Position numbers and translations under genes: made by a program
From: Nitrospirota bacterium
Lineage (GTDB): Bacteria > JACPQY01
DNA length: 64,000 nucleotides
Assembly (NCBI GenBank): GCA_016180645.1
Contig: JACPAV010000004.1
Span: forward strand, 95,544-159,543
Reading direction: 5' to 3'
Notes under the pieces: generated by a model
What the model saw: the letters and a program-made list of their open reading frames with translations, nothing else
The model's database searches: none
What the model was told of the DNA's origin: nothing
In this document: piece after piece, positions 31,142-41,586 of the stretch
Layout of the letters: the number at the start of each line of letters is the position of its first letter
How positions within the stretch are numbered: position 1 is the first letter of the stretch

Positions 31142-31684
31142 ATGTGGCACCGCCATCTCCTGCGTCTGGCGCCCTGCCTGTTCGCCCTGCTGGCCCTGCG
31201 CTGTGGAACAAGTGAGTTCGATGTCCGAATCAGCGGTGTGACTCCTCTCTCCAAGTCCGCTGTCTCGCCCAGGACGACGACGAACAGCGATGTAGTGGAA
31301 GCGGATGGCTCAAGCCTCCCGGATGAGGTTTCCGTTACGATCGAGAACTTCATGGAGTTCCCTACCCTTGAACTTCGGATCGAGCAGTACCGGGTGGACT
31401 ACCGACGGCTGGATGTGGAATCCGTGGAGGGCATCACCACCCCCCACAACATTGCCAACGTCCCGATCCTGGCCGTGGTCCCCGCAAAGAACAGCACCAG
31501 CATCGATGTGGAGATCGTCAAGGCCAATGAGAAACAGCAGCCTCCGCTCGCTGCGCTTCGTTCGGGCGGCGATCGGATCGAAGTCGTCGCCGAAATCACT
31601 TTCTTTGGCCGAGTCCTGGGGCGCTCGGCGGTGGTGTCCCTCACCACCCGCCACTTGATTACGTTCGCCGACTTCCCGGACTGA
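31142..31684 (+). CDS. Hypothetical lipoprotein
   Basis: Signal peptide ending ALRC; Ig-like beta-rich body. Confidence 0.65.
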   Translation: MWHRHLLRLAPCLFALLALRCGTSEFDVRISGVTPLSKSAVSPRTTTNSDVVEADGSSLPDEVSVTIENFMEFPTLELRIEQYRVDYRRLDVESVEGITTPHNIANVPILAVVPAKNSTSIDVEIVKANEKQQPPLAALRSGGDRIEVVAEITFFGRVLGRSAVVSLTTRHLITFADFPD

Positions 31685-31689
31685 CCTTC

Positions 31690-32772
31690 TCAAGCTCCAG
31701 GTAAGTGGGACTCCTCCAGCAACTCTCGGTAGATTCCGGCCGTTTTCTCCACCATGGTTTCCGGAAGAAATCCGGATCTCACCTGCCGTTGAGCTTTCTC
31801 CGCAATGTGGGAGCGAATGTCCGGATTCTCGATGAGCTTCCTGAGCGCCAGAGCCAATGCCGCAACGTCCCCGCTCGGATAGAGCAACCCGGTCTCTCCA
31901 TCGTCGAGGATCTCGGGCACCCCGCCCACGCGGCCGGCCACGGCCGGAACGCCGGCTGCCATTGATTCGAGGACCACATTTGGTAGTCCCTCTCCATCGG
32001 AGCAAAACGCCAGGACATCGATGTCGCCGAAGAACTGCCGGAGGTCCGCCTGATACCCCAGAAGCGTCACGACCTCCCGCAGCCCCCTGGCCTGCACCTC
32101 ACCCGCAATGCGGTCCTTCATTCCCCCCCCACCCGCCATCCGCAAAGTGACGTTCAATCCTTCCTTTCTCAGCCGTTCGACCGCCTCGATGGCATCGAGG
32201 GGCCGCTTGTTGTTTTCAAGGCGACCGGCAAATCCGACAACAAAGGCACCGCTCCTTGCCGAGCGGACCACGGGCTGACCGGCATTCCCAGCGCAGGAAT
32301 AGACGACCGACACGCGCGCCGCCGCCACGCCTCCCCGCACCAGCGTGTTCTTCACGGCTTCGCTGACGGCGATGTAACGCTCCACTCCAAATCGATATTT
32401 CAGCCGGCTGAATCCGTTTCGGCGAATCGGGTAGTTCACACGCCGTGAGACCACGAGCCTGAAATCTGGAAATACGAGTTCCGCAAGCCGGGCTATAGCG
32501 TGAGAACGCGACGTGTGTGCATGCACGATGTCGGGCTCCTCTTTCCGAACAGTTCGGGCCAAGTGGAGGGCGGAGAGCATGTCCCCTTCAAAGCGAGGCC
32601 GGAACGCGCGCGTACCGGCCCGAATCGGCTGCAACCTTTCGCCCAGCGGGCTCCTCGGCCGGCAGAAAACCACGGATTCATGCCCCCGGTCGATCAGGCC
32701 TCGGTGGAGCAGGGTCAACTGGTTCTCGGCCCCGCCCCAGACGGTGGATTCATCCAAGTGAAATATCTTCAT
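31690..32772 (-). CDS. Glycosyltransferase family 4
   Basis: WGGAENQ, PDIVHAH, EGLPNVVLESMAAGVP. Confidence 0.92.
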   Translation of the reverse strand: MKIFHLDESTVWGGAENQLTLLHRGLIDRGHESVVFCRPRSPLGERLQPIRAGTRAFRPRFEGDMLSALHLARTVRKEEPDIVHAHTSRSHAIARLAELVFPDFRLVVSRRVNYPIRRNGFSRLKYRFGVERYIAVSEAVKNTLVRGGVAAARVSVVYSCAGNAGQPVVRSARSGAFVVGFAGRLENNKRPLDAIEAVERLRKEGLNVTLRMAGGGGMKDRIAGEVQARGLREVVTLLGYQADLRQFFGDIDVLAFCSDGEGLPNVVLESMAAGVPAVAGRVGGVPEILDDGETGLLYPSGDVAALALALRKLIENPDIRSHIAEKAQRQVRSGFLPETMVEKTAGIYRELLEESHLPGA

Positions 32773-33971
32773 GCGACCGTCTCGTTCGAGCGCCGGCCCG
32801 CCAGCGCCAAGACCGCACAGAAAACGATGAAGGGTTCATCGCGGATCGGATATTCCACCAAGCCGTGAATCGCAAGCGCGCCCCAAGCCAGTAGCGCAGC
32901 CTCCGCCCCCGGTTCTCTGCGACGCTTCCAGAGCGCCCAAGGGATCGCGCCGACGAACGCGACCACACCGATCAATCCCGCAGGCCCTGCCTCAAACAGG
33001 CCGGCAAGGAAGATATTGTGAATGTGCCGATAAACCGAGGTGGACCAGCCCGGATCCAACTGCTTCGAGAAAGCTCCCAGCCCATAGCCGGTCCACGGCC
33101 GTGTCCGGTAGAGTTCCCACGCATCCACCCACACGTCCCGCCTCCATTGGAGACTGGATTCTTTGAAGCCGGCCCTGATGTCCGTCGTAAAACGCTCGCC
33201 CCCCCCCCCCGGAATGGCCAGCCAGACACCCAGGAGAATCAGCACGGGAATAACCCACCGCCGGCTCCGCTTCGACCATCGAAAGAGGGCATACACAAAC
33301 GTGAGCGCCATGACCACGAAGCCGACTCGGGATAGCGTCAAGGCGATCCCCAGTGCAAGGACGGACCCGAGCAGCGCTGAGATCCAGGGCGCGCGGCGCC
33401 CAGGCGATTGGACGAAGTGCAGGATCGCCACAGGGAGAAGGAATTCCAAGTAGATTGCCGATGAGCTTTGGGCCACCGCGAAGATGGGGATTCGCTCCTG
33501 CGGGGTTGAGGCCAGATGCCGCCCCGAGGCCAAGAAAGCAACGATGGCGGCAAGCTCGACCGCGGCTGTGCAAGTGAGAAGCGACCATCCCAGCGTTCGA
33601 CCCGCCCTGGGCGCCACGCGGAGGAGTCTGGAGAACATAAACAACACAAGCAGTCCCTGTGCGGTCTTCCACCACCACTTCAGCGTCAACGCCCGGTCCG
33701 GCGTGGAGAAGAGCGACAAGCCGAACCCTACGGCCAGCGCCAGCGACCCCGCATCCAGAAGAGAAAATGGGCGCGTACGGATACGCCCGGTTGTCCACAG
33801 CCCCAGGAAGATGATCGCTATCATCCCCAGGACGACGTTCTTCGGCCACTCCGCCCAGGGCAGGAAAAAGGCCAGCAGCGCAAAGACGACGGCGAGCACA
33901 TTGTCCACCGACCTTGGGAGCGGTGCGGGCACCGTGCTCAATGCGCCGATGGGACTTGGCCGACCCGCCAT
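32769..33971 (-). CDS. waaL: O-antigen ligase family protein
   Basis: Multi-TM; TLSRVG, R..VW, PWTGYGLG, HIHN. Confidence 0.85.
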   Translation of the reverse strand: MAGRPSPIGALSTVPAPLPRSVDNVLAVVFALLAFFLPWAEWPKNVVLGMIAIIFLGLWTTGRIRTRPFSLLDAGSLALAVGFGLSLFSTPDRALTLKWWWKTAQGLLVLFMFSRLLRVAPRAGRTLGWSLLTCTAAVELAAIVAFLASGRHLASTPQERIPIFAVAQSSSAIYLEFLLPVAILHFVQSPGRRAPWISALLGSVLALGIALTLSRVGFVVMALTFVYALFRWSKRSRRWVIPVLILLGVWLAIPGGGGERFTTDIRAGFKESSLQWRRDVWVDAWELYRTRPWTGYGLGAFSKQLDPGWSTSVYRHIHNIFLAGLFEAGPAGLIGVVAFVGAIPWALWKRRREPGAEAALLAWGALAIHGLVEYPIRDEPFIVFCAVLALAGRRSNETVA

Positions 33972-33975
33972 CGGT

Positions 33976-34569
33976 TCAATTCCGGACGAGGAGCGAGAGC
34001 GTTTGGGCATGGACGAGCGGAAGCACCCTCTCCGTCCGCGTCACGCTGAATCCATGCGTCTCCGCCTCCTTCTCAAACTGACCGGGGGCCAGCATGTTGA
34101 TCCGCACCCTCTTGCTGAATCGGCCCCCGATGCGGCGCGACAAGGCATGGAGTCCCGCCTGCCGGTAGTGCGAAACAAGGGCGTAGCGCGTCGAGACTCT
34201 TCCCAGCTCCTCCATCACGGCGGCCCGCACTTCCGCATCCCGCAAGTGGTGCCAGAGCCGGACCACGCAGACGAGATCGAAGGAGCCGCTTCGAAAGGGC
34301 AGGTGCCGTATGTCACAGCACACTCGAGGACCAGAACCGTCAGCCGCGTGGACCAAGGAGAGAATTTCCGCCGATCGATCAGCCTGGACCATGAAATTCG
34401 CCACCGCGCCGGCCTCACCGGCAATCCGGCCATATCCGCATGGTACGTCCAGGACTCGGAATGGACCGCGTGGAGCGATCTCCGAAAGGATGGACCGGAT
34501 CGCCCTCCTCTCTAGAAGGTCGACGATTCTCTGATCCCGTTTGAAACGCTTTAGATAGGCTCGATTCAT
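33976..34569 (-). CDS. Class I SAM-dependent methyltransferase
   Basis: VLDVPCGYGR, LPFRSGSFD. Confidence 0.85.
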   Translation of the reverse strand: MNRAYLKRFKRDQRIVDLLERRAIRSILSEIAPRGPFRVLDVPCGYGRIAGEAGAVANFMVQADRSAEILSLVHAADGSGPRVCCDIRHLPFRSGSFDLVCVVRLWHHLRDAEVRAAVMEELGRVSTRYALVSHYRQAGLHALSRRIGGRFSKRVRINMLAPGQFEKEAETHGFSVTRTERVLPLVHAQTLSLLVRN

Positions 34570-34616
34570 TCAGTGGTCCTGACAAGGCGTTCTGCGGCAG
34601 GTATCATAGTCCCCCC

Positions 34617-35672
34617 ATGCCCACGTTGAAAGCACAGCGCACGACCGACGAATCGATCCACCTACTCTCTGGTCAGAAAGTCCTTCTGGTCCAGACGGCC
34701 TACCCGGGCGATGTTCTCTTCTGCCTACCTCTCGCGGTGGCCCTCAAGGCGAAGGAGCCGGGCATTCGATTGATCGGGGTAACGTCCCGCGAGGCGGCGG
34801 ACGTCTGGCAAGGCCAGCCCTGCTTCCAAGATGTGGTCGTATGGGACAAGCGCGGCAAGGAACGAAATCCAGTGGACATGATCCGATTGGCCGGTCGGCT
34901 TCGACGCATGAGGCCGGACATCGCCGTCGTGGCGCACACTTCCGCCGCCTCGGCCGTCCTTGCTCGACTCAGCGGCGCGGCGGAACGAATCGGGTTTCGC
35001 AAAGGGCCGGGTTCTTTCCTGCACACCCGGCGGCTGGAGTTTCCCAAGGACACTTTTGAAGGCCGGTATCGAGACTTCTACCCGCTGCTCGGTCTGAGGT
35101 TGCCCCCCGACGGCATGATTTTCACCGTGAGCGATGTCCCACTGGGGCGCGCACGGAAGATTCTCTCGGAAGAAGGCTGGTTTGAAGCCAAGCAACGAAT
35201 CGCCATCACCTTCGGGAGCAAGATCGCGACGAAGAAATGGCCGGACGAGAAATGGGCCGATTTGTTGAAGCGATTATCCGGCGAGCCGTCGACGAGAATG
35301 ATCCTCCTCGGAACTTCAGGTGAAACCGAAGAAGCGGAGCGAATTCGTTCCGGAGCGCCGAACCACGTGACCAACCTGACCGGCCTGACCGTGCAAGAAT
35401 CCGCCGCGGCTTTGCAGTCCGCAACGTGGGTCATTGGCGTGGACAGCTTCGGCCTGCACCTCGCCAGGTTCCTCGGCGTACCCAGCATTGGTATTTTCGG
35501 TCCGACCGATCCAAAGGCCCTTACCTGGCGTCCCAACCAGAAACCCGTCTTCGTTGAAGACCTCCCCTGCCGCCCCTGCACCGTCTTCCATGCGCCCCAT
35601 CGCTGCCCGAAAGGCCATCACAACTGCATGAACCTGCTGGAAGCGACCCAAGTTGTCAGGGTTATGTTCTGA
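34617..35672 (+). CDS. waaF: Glycosyltransferase family 9 (LPS heptosyltransferase, WaaF-like)
   Basis: VQTAYPGDV, KKWP, GVDSFGLHLA, IFGPT, CRPC..CPKGHHNCM. Confidence 0.8.
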   Translation: MPTLKAQRTTDESIHLLSGQKVLLVQTAYPGDVLFCLPLAVALKAKEPGIRLIGVTSREAADVWQGQPCFQDVVVWDKRGKERNPVDMIRLAGRLRRMRPDIAVVAHTSAASAVLARLSGAAERIGFRKGPGSFLHTRRLEFPKDTFEGRYRDFYPLLGLRLPPDGMIFTVSDVPLGRARKILSEEGWFEAKQRIAITFGSKIATKKWPDEKWADLLKRLSGEPSTRMILLGTSGETEEAERIRSGAPNHVTNLTGLTVQESAAALQSATWVIGVDSFGLHLARFLGVPSIGIFGPTDPKALTWRPNQKPVFVEDLPCRPCTVFHAPHRCPKGHHNCMNLLEATQVVRVMF

Positions 35673-35995
35673 TGCCATGGGAAAAATCCTACTTCATCTC
35701 CCTCTCGGAAAACGGGGAAGACCGACTGCGGGTTCACGTGTGGACCGAGAAGGGTCAAGTTCGAGGTTTCGCGGTTCAGCATGAGGCCCACTCGCGGGGG
35801 AAATGGCGCCCCGTAGTTCGATACGACACGGCGCACCCATTTGCCCACAAAGACATCCTTCACCCCGATGGTTCGCAGGACAAGCAACCGGTCTACTTTC
35901 CCAGTTTCAACATTGCACTTTCATTTGCTATCAAGGACCTCAGAACAATATGGCGATGGTATCGATCGGCCTATGAGCAGGAGATGAAGAGATGA
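35672..35995 (+). CDS. Small putative toxin with RYDxAH..H motif
   Basis: WRPVVRYDTAHPFAHKD; ATGA-coupled to a small partner gene. Confidence 0.6.
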   Translation: MPWEKSYFISLSENGEDRLRVHVWTEKGQVRGFAVQHEAHSRGKWRPVVRYDTAHPFAHKDILHPDGSQDKQPVYFPSFNIALSFAIKDLRTIWRWYRSAYEQEMKR

Positions 35996-36249
35996 AGCGG
36001 TTTGGCGCAGTGGAAAAGAACTTGGATCTGGCGCATTTGTTTCTTCTCTACACCCTCGAACATCCTGACCTGTTGGATCTCATCCCGCCCGGTGCTGAAG
36101 TGGTTTTCCTTCCCGCGCAGGATAGGAAATTGCTGGCCATCAACAAACGACTTGCGCAAAGTTTGAGAAGGAAGGGGCGGAGGGTCGTGACCTTTCATGT
36201 TCGCCCGGTCAGGCGGGAGACAGCCGAGTTCCTTCCGGAGGCCGCATAG
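35992..36249 (+). CDS. Small putative antitoxin (DUF5647-like)
   Basis: EKNLDL...Y..EHPDLLD.IP.GA.VVFLP. Confidence 0.6.
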   Translation: MKRFGAVEKNLDLAHLFLLYTLEHPDLLDLIPPGAEVVFLPAQDRKLLAINKRLAQSLRRKGRRVVTFHVRPVRRETAEFLPEAA

Positions 36250-36378
36250 GACACTGCTCCGCTCTTGCCGTTTCGGTTGCACTCGAAGAAAAGTTCCCCG
36301 TGGTCCGCGGTCACGCGGTGGATGCGAATCCAATAGGACCGCCCTATCAAGCGACCACGTTCCATGCCAAGATGGGAC

Positions 36379-37752
36379 ATGGCAGTAGTTGCCCGGAGCG
36401 CCGCCTTTGAGCCACGACCCCTGAAGGCGGTTGCCCTGATCCTCTCGCTGGCGGCCGTCCTGCGGCTACCTCTGTTTGCCACACCGTTCAACAACGAGCA
36501 CGCCTGGAACGAAGGCCACTATGCAACGACGGCCCTCAATTTCGACCAGTACGGACCTTGGACGCAGATGAACGACCTCGGTGAAGACCACACGACAACG
36601 CCGTTGTATCCTTGGATCATCTACGCGAGCTTCAAGCTTTTCGGCGTGAGCGAAGCGGCGGCCCGCTTGCCCGGTTTCCTGTTCGGACTGCTCTCGGTCT
36701 ATCTTGTCTTTTCCATAGGGAGAAAACTTCAGGACAGGCGAGTCGGCCTCCTAGCGGCACTGTGCGCCGCGGCAGCCCCCTCCATCATCTACTTCTCCAG
36801 GAACGTCCAGTTGGAGTCTATGTCCGGCTGCTTCGGACTCCTTGCCTTCTCGCTGCTCCTTTCCTGGCGGCAGAAGCTCGCGAACCGCTCCCTAGCCTGG
36901 GCGACTTCAGCCCAGGCGCTCTCGATCTTGACGAAACAGACGATGGTCCTTGCTTTTGTGCCTTTTTATTCCCTTTTCTTCAAGAGGGAGCCGAAGAAAT
37001 TCGCGTGGTTCATGGGGCTCTCGGTTCTCCCCTCTGCGACATGGGTTGTCTTGAACTACCTTGACACGGGAGGCGGCACGGGTTGGTACTTCTCCAGACC
37101 GGGGGAGCACAACCTGCATGGAATTGTTCCGGCTCTGGCAAAGGGTTTCCTGTGGCTGCCTGAACATGTTGGCCCCCCCATTTTCCTTTTTGTCGTGATC
37201 GGTCTGATGAAGCCGCTTCCGGAGAAACGCCATCTTCTTGCCTACAGCTTAATTTGGCTTGCCCTGGCGGTCCCCTATCCCATAGCGTTCATGGGGAACA
37301 GGTACTACGACTATCCTGGCCTCTACGGTCTCTGCCTGATTGCGGGCAGCGGCCTCGCAACCCTGAGAAAGCAAAACATCCTCGCCGTGGCCGTGGCGGC
37401 AATTGTCTGCTTCGGTGGGGCGAAGGTCGTTCTGAGATACCGGGCCAACCGTTTCAGCCAGATGGCGAAGTCGGAAACGGTCCCGTTCTTCTCCGCCAAG
37501 GAGGTTCGGCGGATCAACTTGGACGGCGGGAGGGTTCTGGTCGACTATCCCCAAACGGCTTTCTATGCGGGGGGAGACCCAGCGTACATTCAGTGCGCCC
37601 ATGGGGACGTTCGCTCCGGCGTCGACGGGAGTCACCCATACGTCATCGCAAACTATTTCGGCAAGTTCTACACCGCGGAAGAGTTCGATGCATTCATGAC
37701 AGAACGCGGTTATGCAAAGATTCTACCTCTTGCCTATTCCAATATGAGATGA
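36379..37752 (+). CDS. ArnT/PMT-like (GT39/GT83) membrane glycosyltransferase
   Basis: Multi-TM; WNEGHY, PLYPW, LFGVSEAAARLP. Confidence 0.8.
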   Translation: MAVVARSAAFEPRPLKAVALILSLAAVLRLPLFATPFNNEHAWNEGHYATTALNFDQYGPWTQMNDLGEDHTTTPLYPWIIYASFKLFGVSEAAARLPGFLFGLLSVYLVFSIGRKLQDRRVGLLAALCAAAAPSIIYFSRNVQLESMSGCFGLLAFSLLLSWRQKLANRSLAWATSAQALSILTKQTMVLAFVPFYSLFFKREPKKFAWFMGLSVLPSATWVVLNYLDTGGGTGWYFSRPGEHNLHGIVPALAKGFLWLPEHVGPPIFLFVVIGLMKPLPEKRHLLAYSLIWLALAVPYPIAFMGNRYYDYPGLYGLCLIAGSGLATLRKQNILAVAVAAIVCFGGAKVVLRYRANRFSQMAKSETVPFFSAKEVRRINLDGGRVLVDYPQTAFYAGGDPAYIQCAHGDVRSGVDGSHPYVIANYFGKFYTAEEFDAFMTERGYAKILPLAYSNMR

Positions 37753-37979
37753 AACCGAAGCCCTCCGGGGTCAACCGAGGACCTGTTCGTACGCCTTCAC
37801 GGCCCCTCCGACCATGGCATCCGGAAATTCCCGGGACAGGATCCTTCATTCACGGATAGGTATGGTGTCCCCCCATTACCCCGATCACAACAATTGCATA
37901 GGCCAACTGCCGCCGGACACCGTTCTTGAGGCCGCGAGGCGTTTGCTGTAGACCATTACTGCAAATACGGGCACCTGAC

Positions 37980-38897
37980 ATGAACACCATTGAGACCCAC
38001 GCGCTGACCAAAACGTTCGGGGCATCCGCCGCCGTCGATCGGCTCAACCTGTCCATCTCGGAAGGAGAAGTTTTCGGGTTCCTCGGCCCGAATGGGGCGG
38101 GGAAGACGACGACGATCCGGCTGCTGGTGGGAATTCTTGCGCCCTCTTCAGGCGAGGCGAAAGTGCTAGGCTTCGATGTCGTGCGCCAATCCGAGGAAGT
38201 GAAGAAACGGATCGGCTACGTCGCGCAGGCGTTCGGACTCTATCCCGATCTCACCGTGGAGGAAAATCTCGAATTCTACGCCTGGCTCTACAACCATTCC
38301 GATAAATCGCGCTTCAACGAGTTGATCCGTGCCTACGGGTTCGAGGAACACCGCAGGAAACTCGCCCGCGAACTATCGGGTGGTTATAGGACTCGGCTGG
38401 CGCTCATCACGGCCTTGGCACACAAACCTTCGCTCCTATTCCTGGACGAACCCACGGCGGGGGTCGACCCCGTCACCCGGAAAGAACTCTGGGACATGTT
38501 TTATGCCCTGAAAGGGCAGGGCACCACGCTCTTCGTGACCACGCACTACATGGAAGAGGCCGAACGGTGCGACCGTCTCGCTTTCATCTACAAAGGGAAA
38601 CTCATCGCGCTTGGAGCGCCGCGCGAAATGAAGAGCCTCCTCGCCGACCGGGACGTTTTCGAAATCCGAACGACCTTCCGTCCCGATGTCGTTCAGGCCG
38701 TGAAGAATTGCCCCGGCGTCGAGACCTTCAACCAATTCGGAAACACCCTGAAAGTGGTTTTACGAAAGAGCCGGGAGAACGGCACCGCGCTGGCGAAGGC
38801 CCTGAAACCCTGTGGATTGGACCCCGCGAGCGTGGCAACCGCCGAACCGACGATGGAGGATGTTTTCGTGGCGCTCACCCATCGCGGAGGATCCTGA
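37980..38897 (+). CDS. ABC exporter ATP-binding protein
   Basis: GPNGAGKTT, LSGG, LFLDEPTAGVD, TTH. Confidence 0.95.
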   Translation: MNTIETHALTKTFGASAAVDRLNLSISEGEVFGFLGPNGAGKTTTIRLLVGILAPSSGEAKVLGFDVVRQSEEVKKRIGYVAQAFGLYPDLTVEENLEFYAWLYNHSDKSRFNELIRAYGFEEHRRKLARELSGGYRTRLALITALAHKPSLLFLDEPTAGVDPVTRKELWDMFYALKGQGTTLFVTTHYMEEAERCDRLAFIYKGKLIALGAPREMKSLLADRDVFEIRTTFRPDVVQAVKNCPGVETFNQFGNTLKVVLRKSRENGTALAKALKPCGLDPASVATAEPTMEDVFVALTHRGGS

Positions 38898-40018
38898 TGC
38901 GAATGCTTCGCGCGGTTGTCCGCAAGGAATTCATCCACATCCGGCGGGAGAGGCGGATGCTCGTCTTCATCTTCGGCGCTCCGCTCCTCCTCCTCGCCCT
39001 CTTCGGCTACGCCCTCCGGCTCAAGGTGGACAACTTGAACGTCGCGATCCTCGACGGCGACACCAGCATCTTCAGCATGCAGATCCGCGACACCATCATC
39101 TCCGAGGCGGGATTCCGCCTTATCGACGTGCGCGACGAGGATGAGATCCGCGAGCTGCTCTACAAAGGCAAGGCCCGGCTGGGACTCGTCATTCCCGACG
39201 ATTTCTCGGACAAGCTGACGAACAATGAGACGGCCACGCTCAAGCTCTTCGTGGACGGGAGCATGCCCGTGCTTGCGATGGCCGCGATGAACGGCGCGAA
39301 CGTCCTGACCGGGGAGGATCTCGCGGCCAACCTTGTCTTCGAAGATCCCGAGAAGGAGTCCCCCAAGTTTCGCCCACCGCCGGTGCGTGTGGACAAAGAG
39401 ATCCTCTTCAACCCGGACCTCAAGGACACAGACTTTTTCCTGCCGGGCATCATCGGCATCATCATCATGCAGGTGACCCTCATCCTCGCTTCGCTGAGCA
39501 TCGTGCGCGAGCGTGAGCAGCGTACGATTGAACAACTTATGGCCACACCCATCACCCGCCGGGCGCTCATCGTGGGCAAGATGATTCCATATGCCGTCAT
39601 CGCCGCGGTGGATTTCGCCGTCATCATCGGGGCGGGGCATCTCCTGTTCGACCTCCCGTTCAAGGGCGCCCCCATTCTCATCGTGCTCCTCGCGGCGCTC
39701 TACATCTGTTCACTCCTCGCCCTCGGCGCCCTGATATCGTCGTTCTCACAGACTCAACCGCAAGCCGTGTTCCTCGCGGTGTTCATTCTCATCCCCTCGG
39801 TCCTTCTCTCCGGTTTCATTTTCCCCATCGAAGCGATGCCCACGTGGCTCCAGCCCGTCCCACGGCTCCTCCCGCTCACGTACTACATGGATGGCATCCG
39901 CGCGCTCACGATCAAGGGGACCGGCTTCGGGACGGTTGCCGTGGACTTCGCCGTCCTGGCCGGCTTCATGATCATCTTCACGCTCCTCGGCATCCAGAGA
40001 TTCAAGAAAACCCTCTGA
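38897..40018 (+). CDS. ABC-2 type permease (YbhS/YbhR-like)
   Basis: RKEFIHIRR, REREQRTIEQL, LSGFIFPIEAMP. Confidence 0.92.
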   Translation: MRMLRAVVRKEFIHIRRERRMLVFIFGAPLLLLALFGYALRLKVDNLNVAILDGDTSIFSMQIRDTIISEAGFRLIDVRDEDEIRELLYKGKARLGLVIPDDFSDKLTNNETATLKLFVDGSMPVLAMAAMNGANVLTGEDLAANLVFEDPEKESPKFRPPPVRVDKEILFNPDLKDTDFFLPGIIGIIIMQVTLILASLSIVREREQRTIEQLMATPITRRALIVGKMIPYAVIAAVDFAVIIGAGHLLFDLPFKGAPILIVLLAALYICSLLALGALISSFSQTQPQAVFLAVFILIPSVLLSGFIFPIEAMPTWLQPVPRLLPLTYYMDGIRALTIKGTGFGTVAVDFAVLAGFMIIFTLLGIQRFKKTL

Positions 40019-40827
40019 TGAGCACGTCGAACGGTCTCTACAGCCGCGATGCCTTCGCGGGCCTGCCCACCGCCTCGGTTTGGGTCGGCCACTCCACATT
40101 CCTTTTCAAGATCCGAGACAAGATCTTCATCACCGATCCGGTCTTTTCGAAGCGGGTCACCATTCTCCCGCGCCTCAAACCACCCGCAATCTCGATCGAT
40201 CAGATCCCGCAGCTGGACTACATCCTCGTCTCCCATACACACTTCGATCATCTCGACCGACCGAGTCTGAAGACGCTGGCCTCAGCTTTTCCCCTTGCCC
40301 GGCCTATCTTCCCGGCGAGGGCCCAGTCCTACGTGCGGGATGTGGCCATGGGAAGGAGCCTTTTCCTCGAAGTGGGTGAGTCGTATTCGCTGGACGGTCT
40401 GCGGATCACCCGCGTCCCTGCCCAGCATTTCGGCGGGCGCTATGGCTTCGATCAGCTCTGGAAACCGACCTACGGGGGGCTGATCGCGGAGTATGGCGGC
40501 ACGGCGGTCTACTTCGCCGGCGACACCGGCTACTGCCGCGCCATGTTCGAGGAAATTGGAGCGAGAGCGAAACTGGATCTCGCCCTTCTGCCCATCGGGG
40601 CCTATTCGCCGCCCCCCATCCGTCATCACCACATGAATCCGGAGGATGCGGTGAACGCGATGACCGATCTCGGCGCCCGCGCGATGATCCCGATGCACCA
40701 CTCGACGTTCATTCTCTCTGCGGAACCGACCAAGGAGCCGATCACGCGGCTCCGATCACTCGCCGCCCGCCGCCCCGAGCTGAAAATTCACTTTCCCCGC
40801 TTCGGCGAAATCCTGCCCGTGCCGTAG
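40018..40827 (+). CDS. MBL-fold metallohydrolase (NAPE-PLD/UlaG-like)
   Basis: WVGHST, SHTHFDHLD, FAGDTGY, LPIGAY, PMH. Confidence 0.9.
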   Translation: MSTSNGLYSRDAFAGLPTASVWVGHSTFLFKIRDKIFITDPVFSKRVTILPRLKPPAISIDQIPQLDYILVSHTHFDHLDRPSLKTLASAFPLARPIFPARAQSYVRDVAMGRSLFLEVGESYSLDGLRITRVPAQHFGGRYGFDQLWKPTYGGLIAEYGGTAVYFAGDTGYCRAMFEEIGARAKLDLALLPIGAYSPPPIRHHHMNPEDAVNAMTDLGARAMIPMHHSTFILSAEPTKEPITRLRSLAARRPELKIHFPRFGEILPVP

Positions 40828-40924
40828 CCTGACCCCAGTACTCGCCCCATCGCAAGGATACAGCTTCAGGAGGTATACGTGCCCGGCTTCTTGCAATGCC
40901 CAACGGCCCTGCTAGAAATGCGAC

Positions 40925-41236
40925 ATGGAGGCCGTGCTGGTAGAAATCAAGCGGCTTGTGCGGGCCGGACGTTTTCTGTTCACGGACAAGGCGGGGCTTG
41001 AGATGGAAGTGGATGGCATCGATGAAGACGACGTTAAAGAGTCGATTCTCAACGCCTCAGCCATCAAGAAAACGATCCGTTCGCGAAGTTCGCGGCGAAA
41101 CAAGCCGGGTGAAAAGCTTTACGTCATCCATGGCCCGACAAATCATGGCGTGTGGATTTACACCAAGGGCACGATTCGTGGGGAAGGGGAGGCCGCGATC
41201 TACTATTTTCTGATTTCATCGAAGGTGCTAGAATGA
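40925..41236 (+). CDS. DUF4258-like (BrnT/RelE-fold) putative toxin
   Basis: FTDKA..EM..DGI...DV.ESI; paired with a zinc-finger gene. Confidence 0.6.
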   Translation: MEAVLVEIKRLVRAGRFLFTDKAGLEMEVDGIDEDDVKESILNASAIKKTIRSRSSRRNKPGEKLYVIHGPTNHGVWIYTKGTIRGEGEAAIYYFLISSKVLE

Positions 41237-41237
41237 A

Positions 41238-41516
41238 ATGGGTTGTATGGTGTTGAGTCGATGCCCGTCCTGCGACAGTCGGCGCGTGAAATACGTGATC
41301 TCCGAGTACACGGTGAGATTGAACCCCATGCACGGGGTCACCGTTCCGGCGCTGAGGCGTCTTCGGTGCATGAAGTGCAAGGGCGAATTTTTCGACGCCG
41401 AGGCGATGGCCGTGAAATCTCACTACCTCAGAAATGACCCCGTTTGGCGGGAGCGGCGTCGTGCGCTGTTCCAAAAAGTAGCCTTGCGTCGAAAGACGAC
41501 GGCCCAGGCCGCGTAG
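41238..41516 (+). CDS. YgiT/MqsA-type zinc-finger putative antitoxin
   Basis: CPSC ... VTVP....RCMKCKGEFFD. Confidence 0.7.
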   Translation: MGCMVLSRCPSCDSRRVKYVISEYTVRLNPMHGVTVPALRRLRCMKCKGEFFDAEAMAVKSHYLRNDPVWRERRRALFQKVALRRKTTAQAA

Positions 41517-41586
41517 CATCCGGGGCCGCTTGAGGCGGGTAGTTTCTCCCGGGAGTCAATCAATATTCAACTTTGACCCCCAAGCA

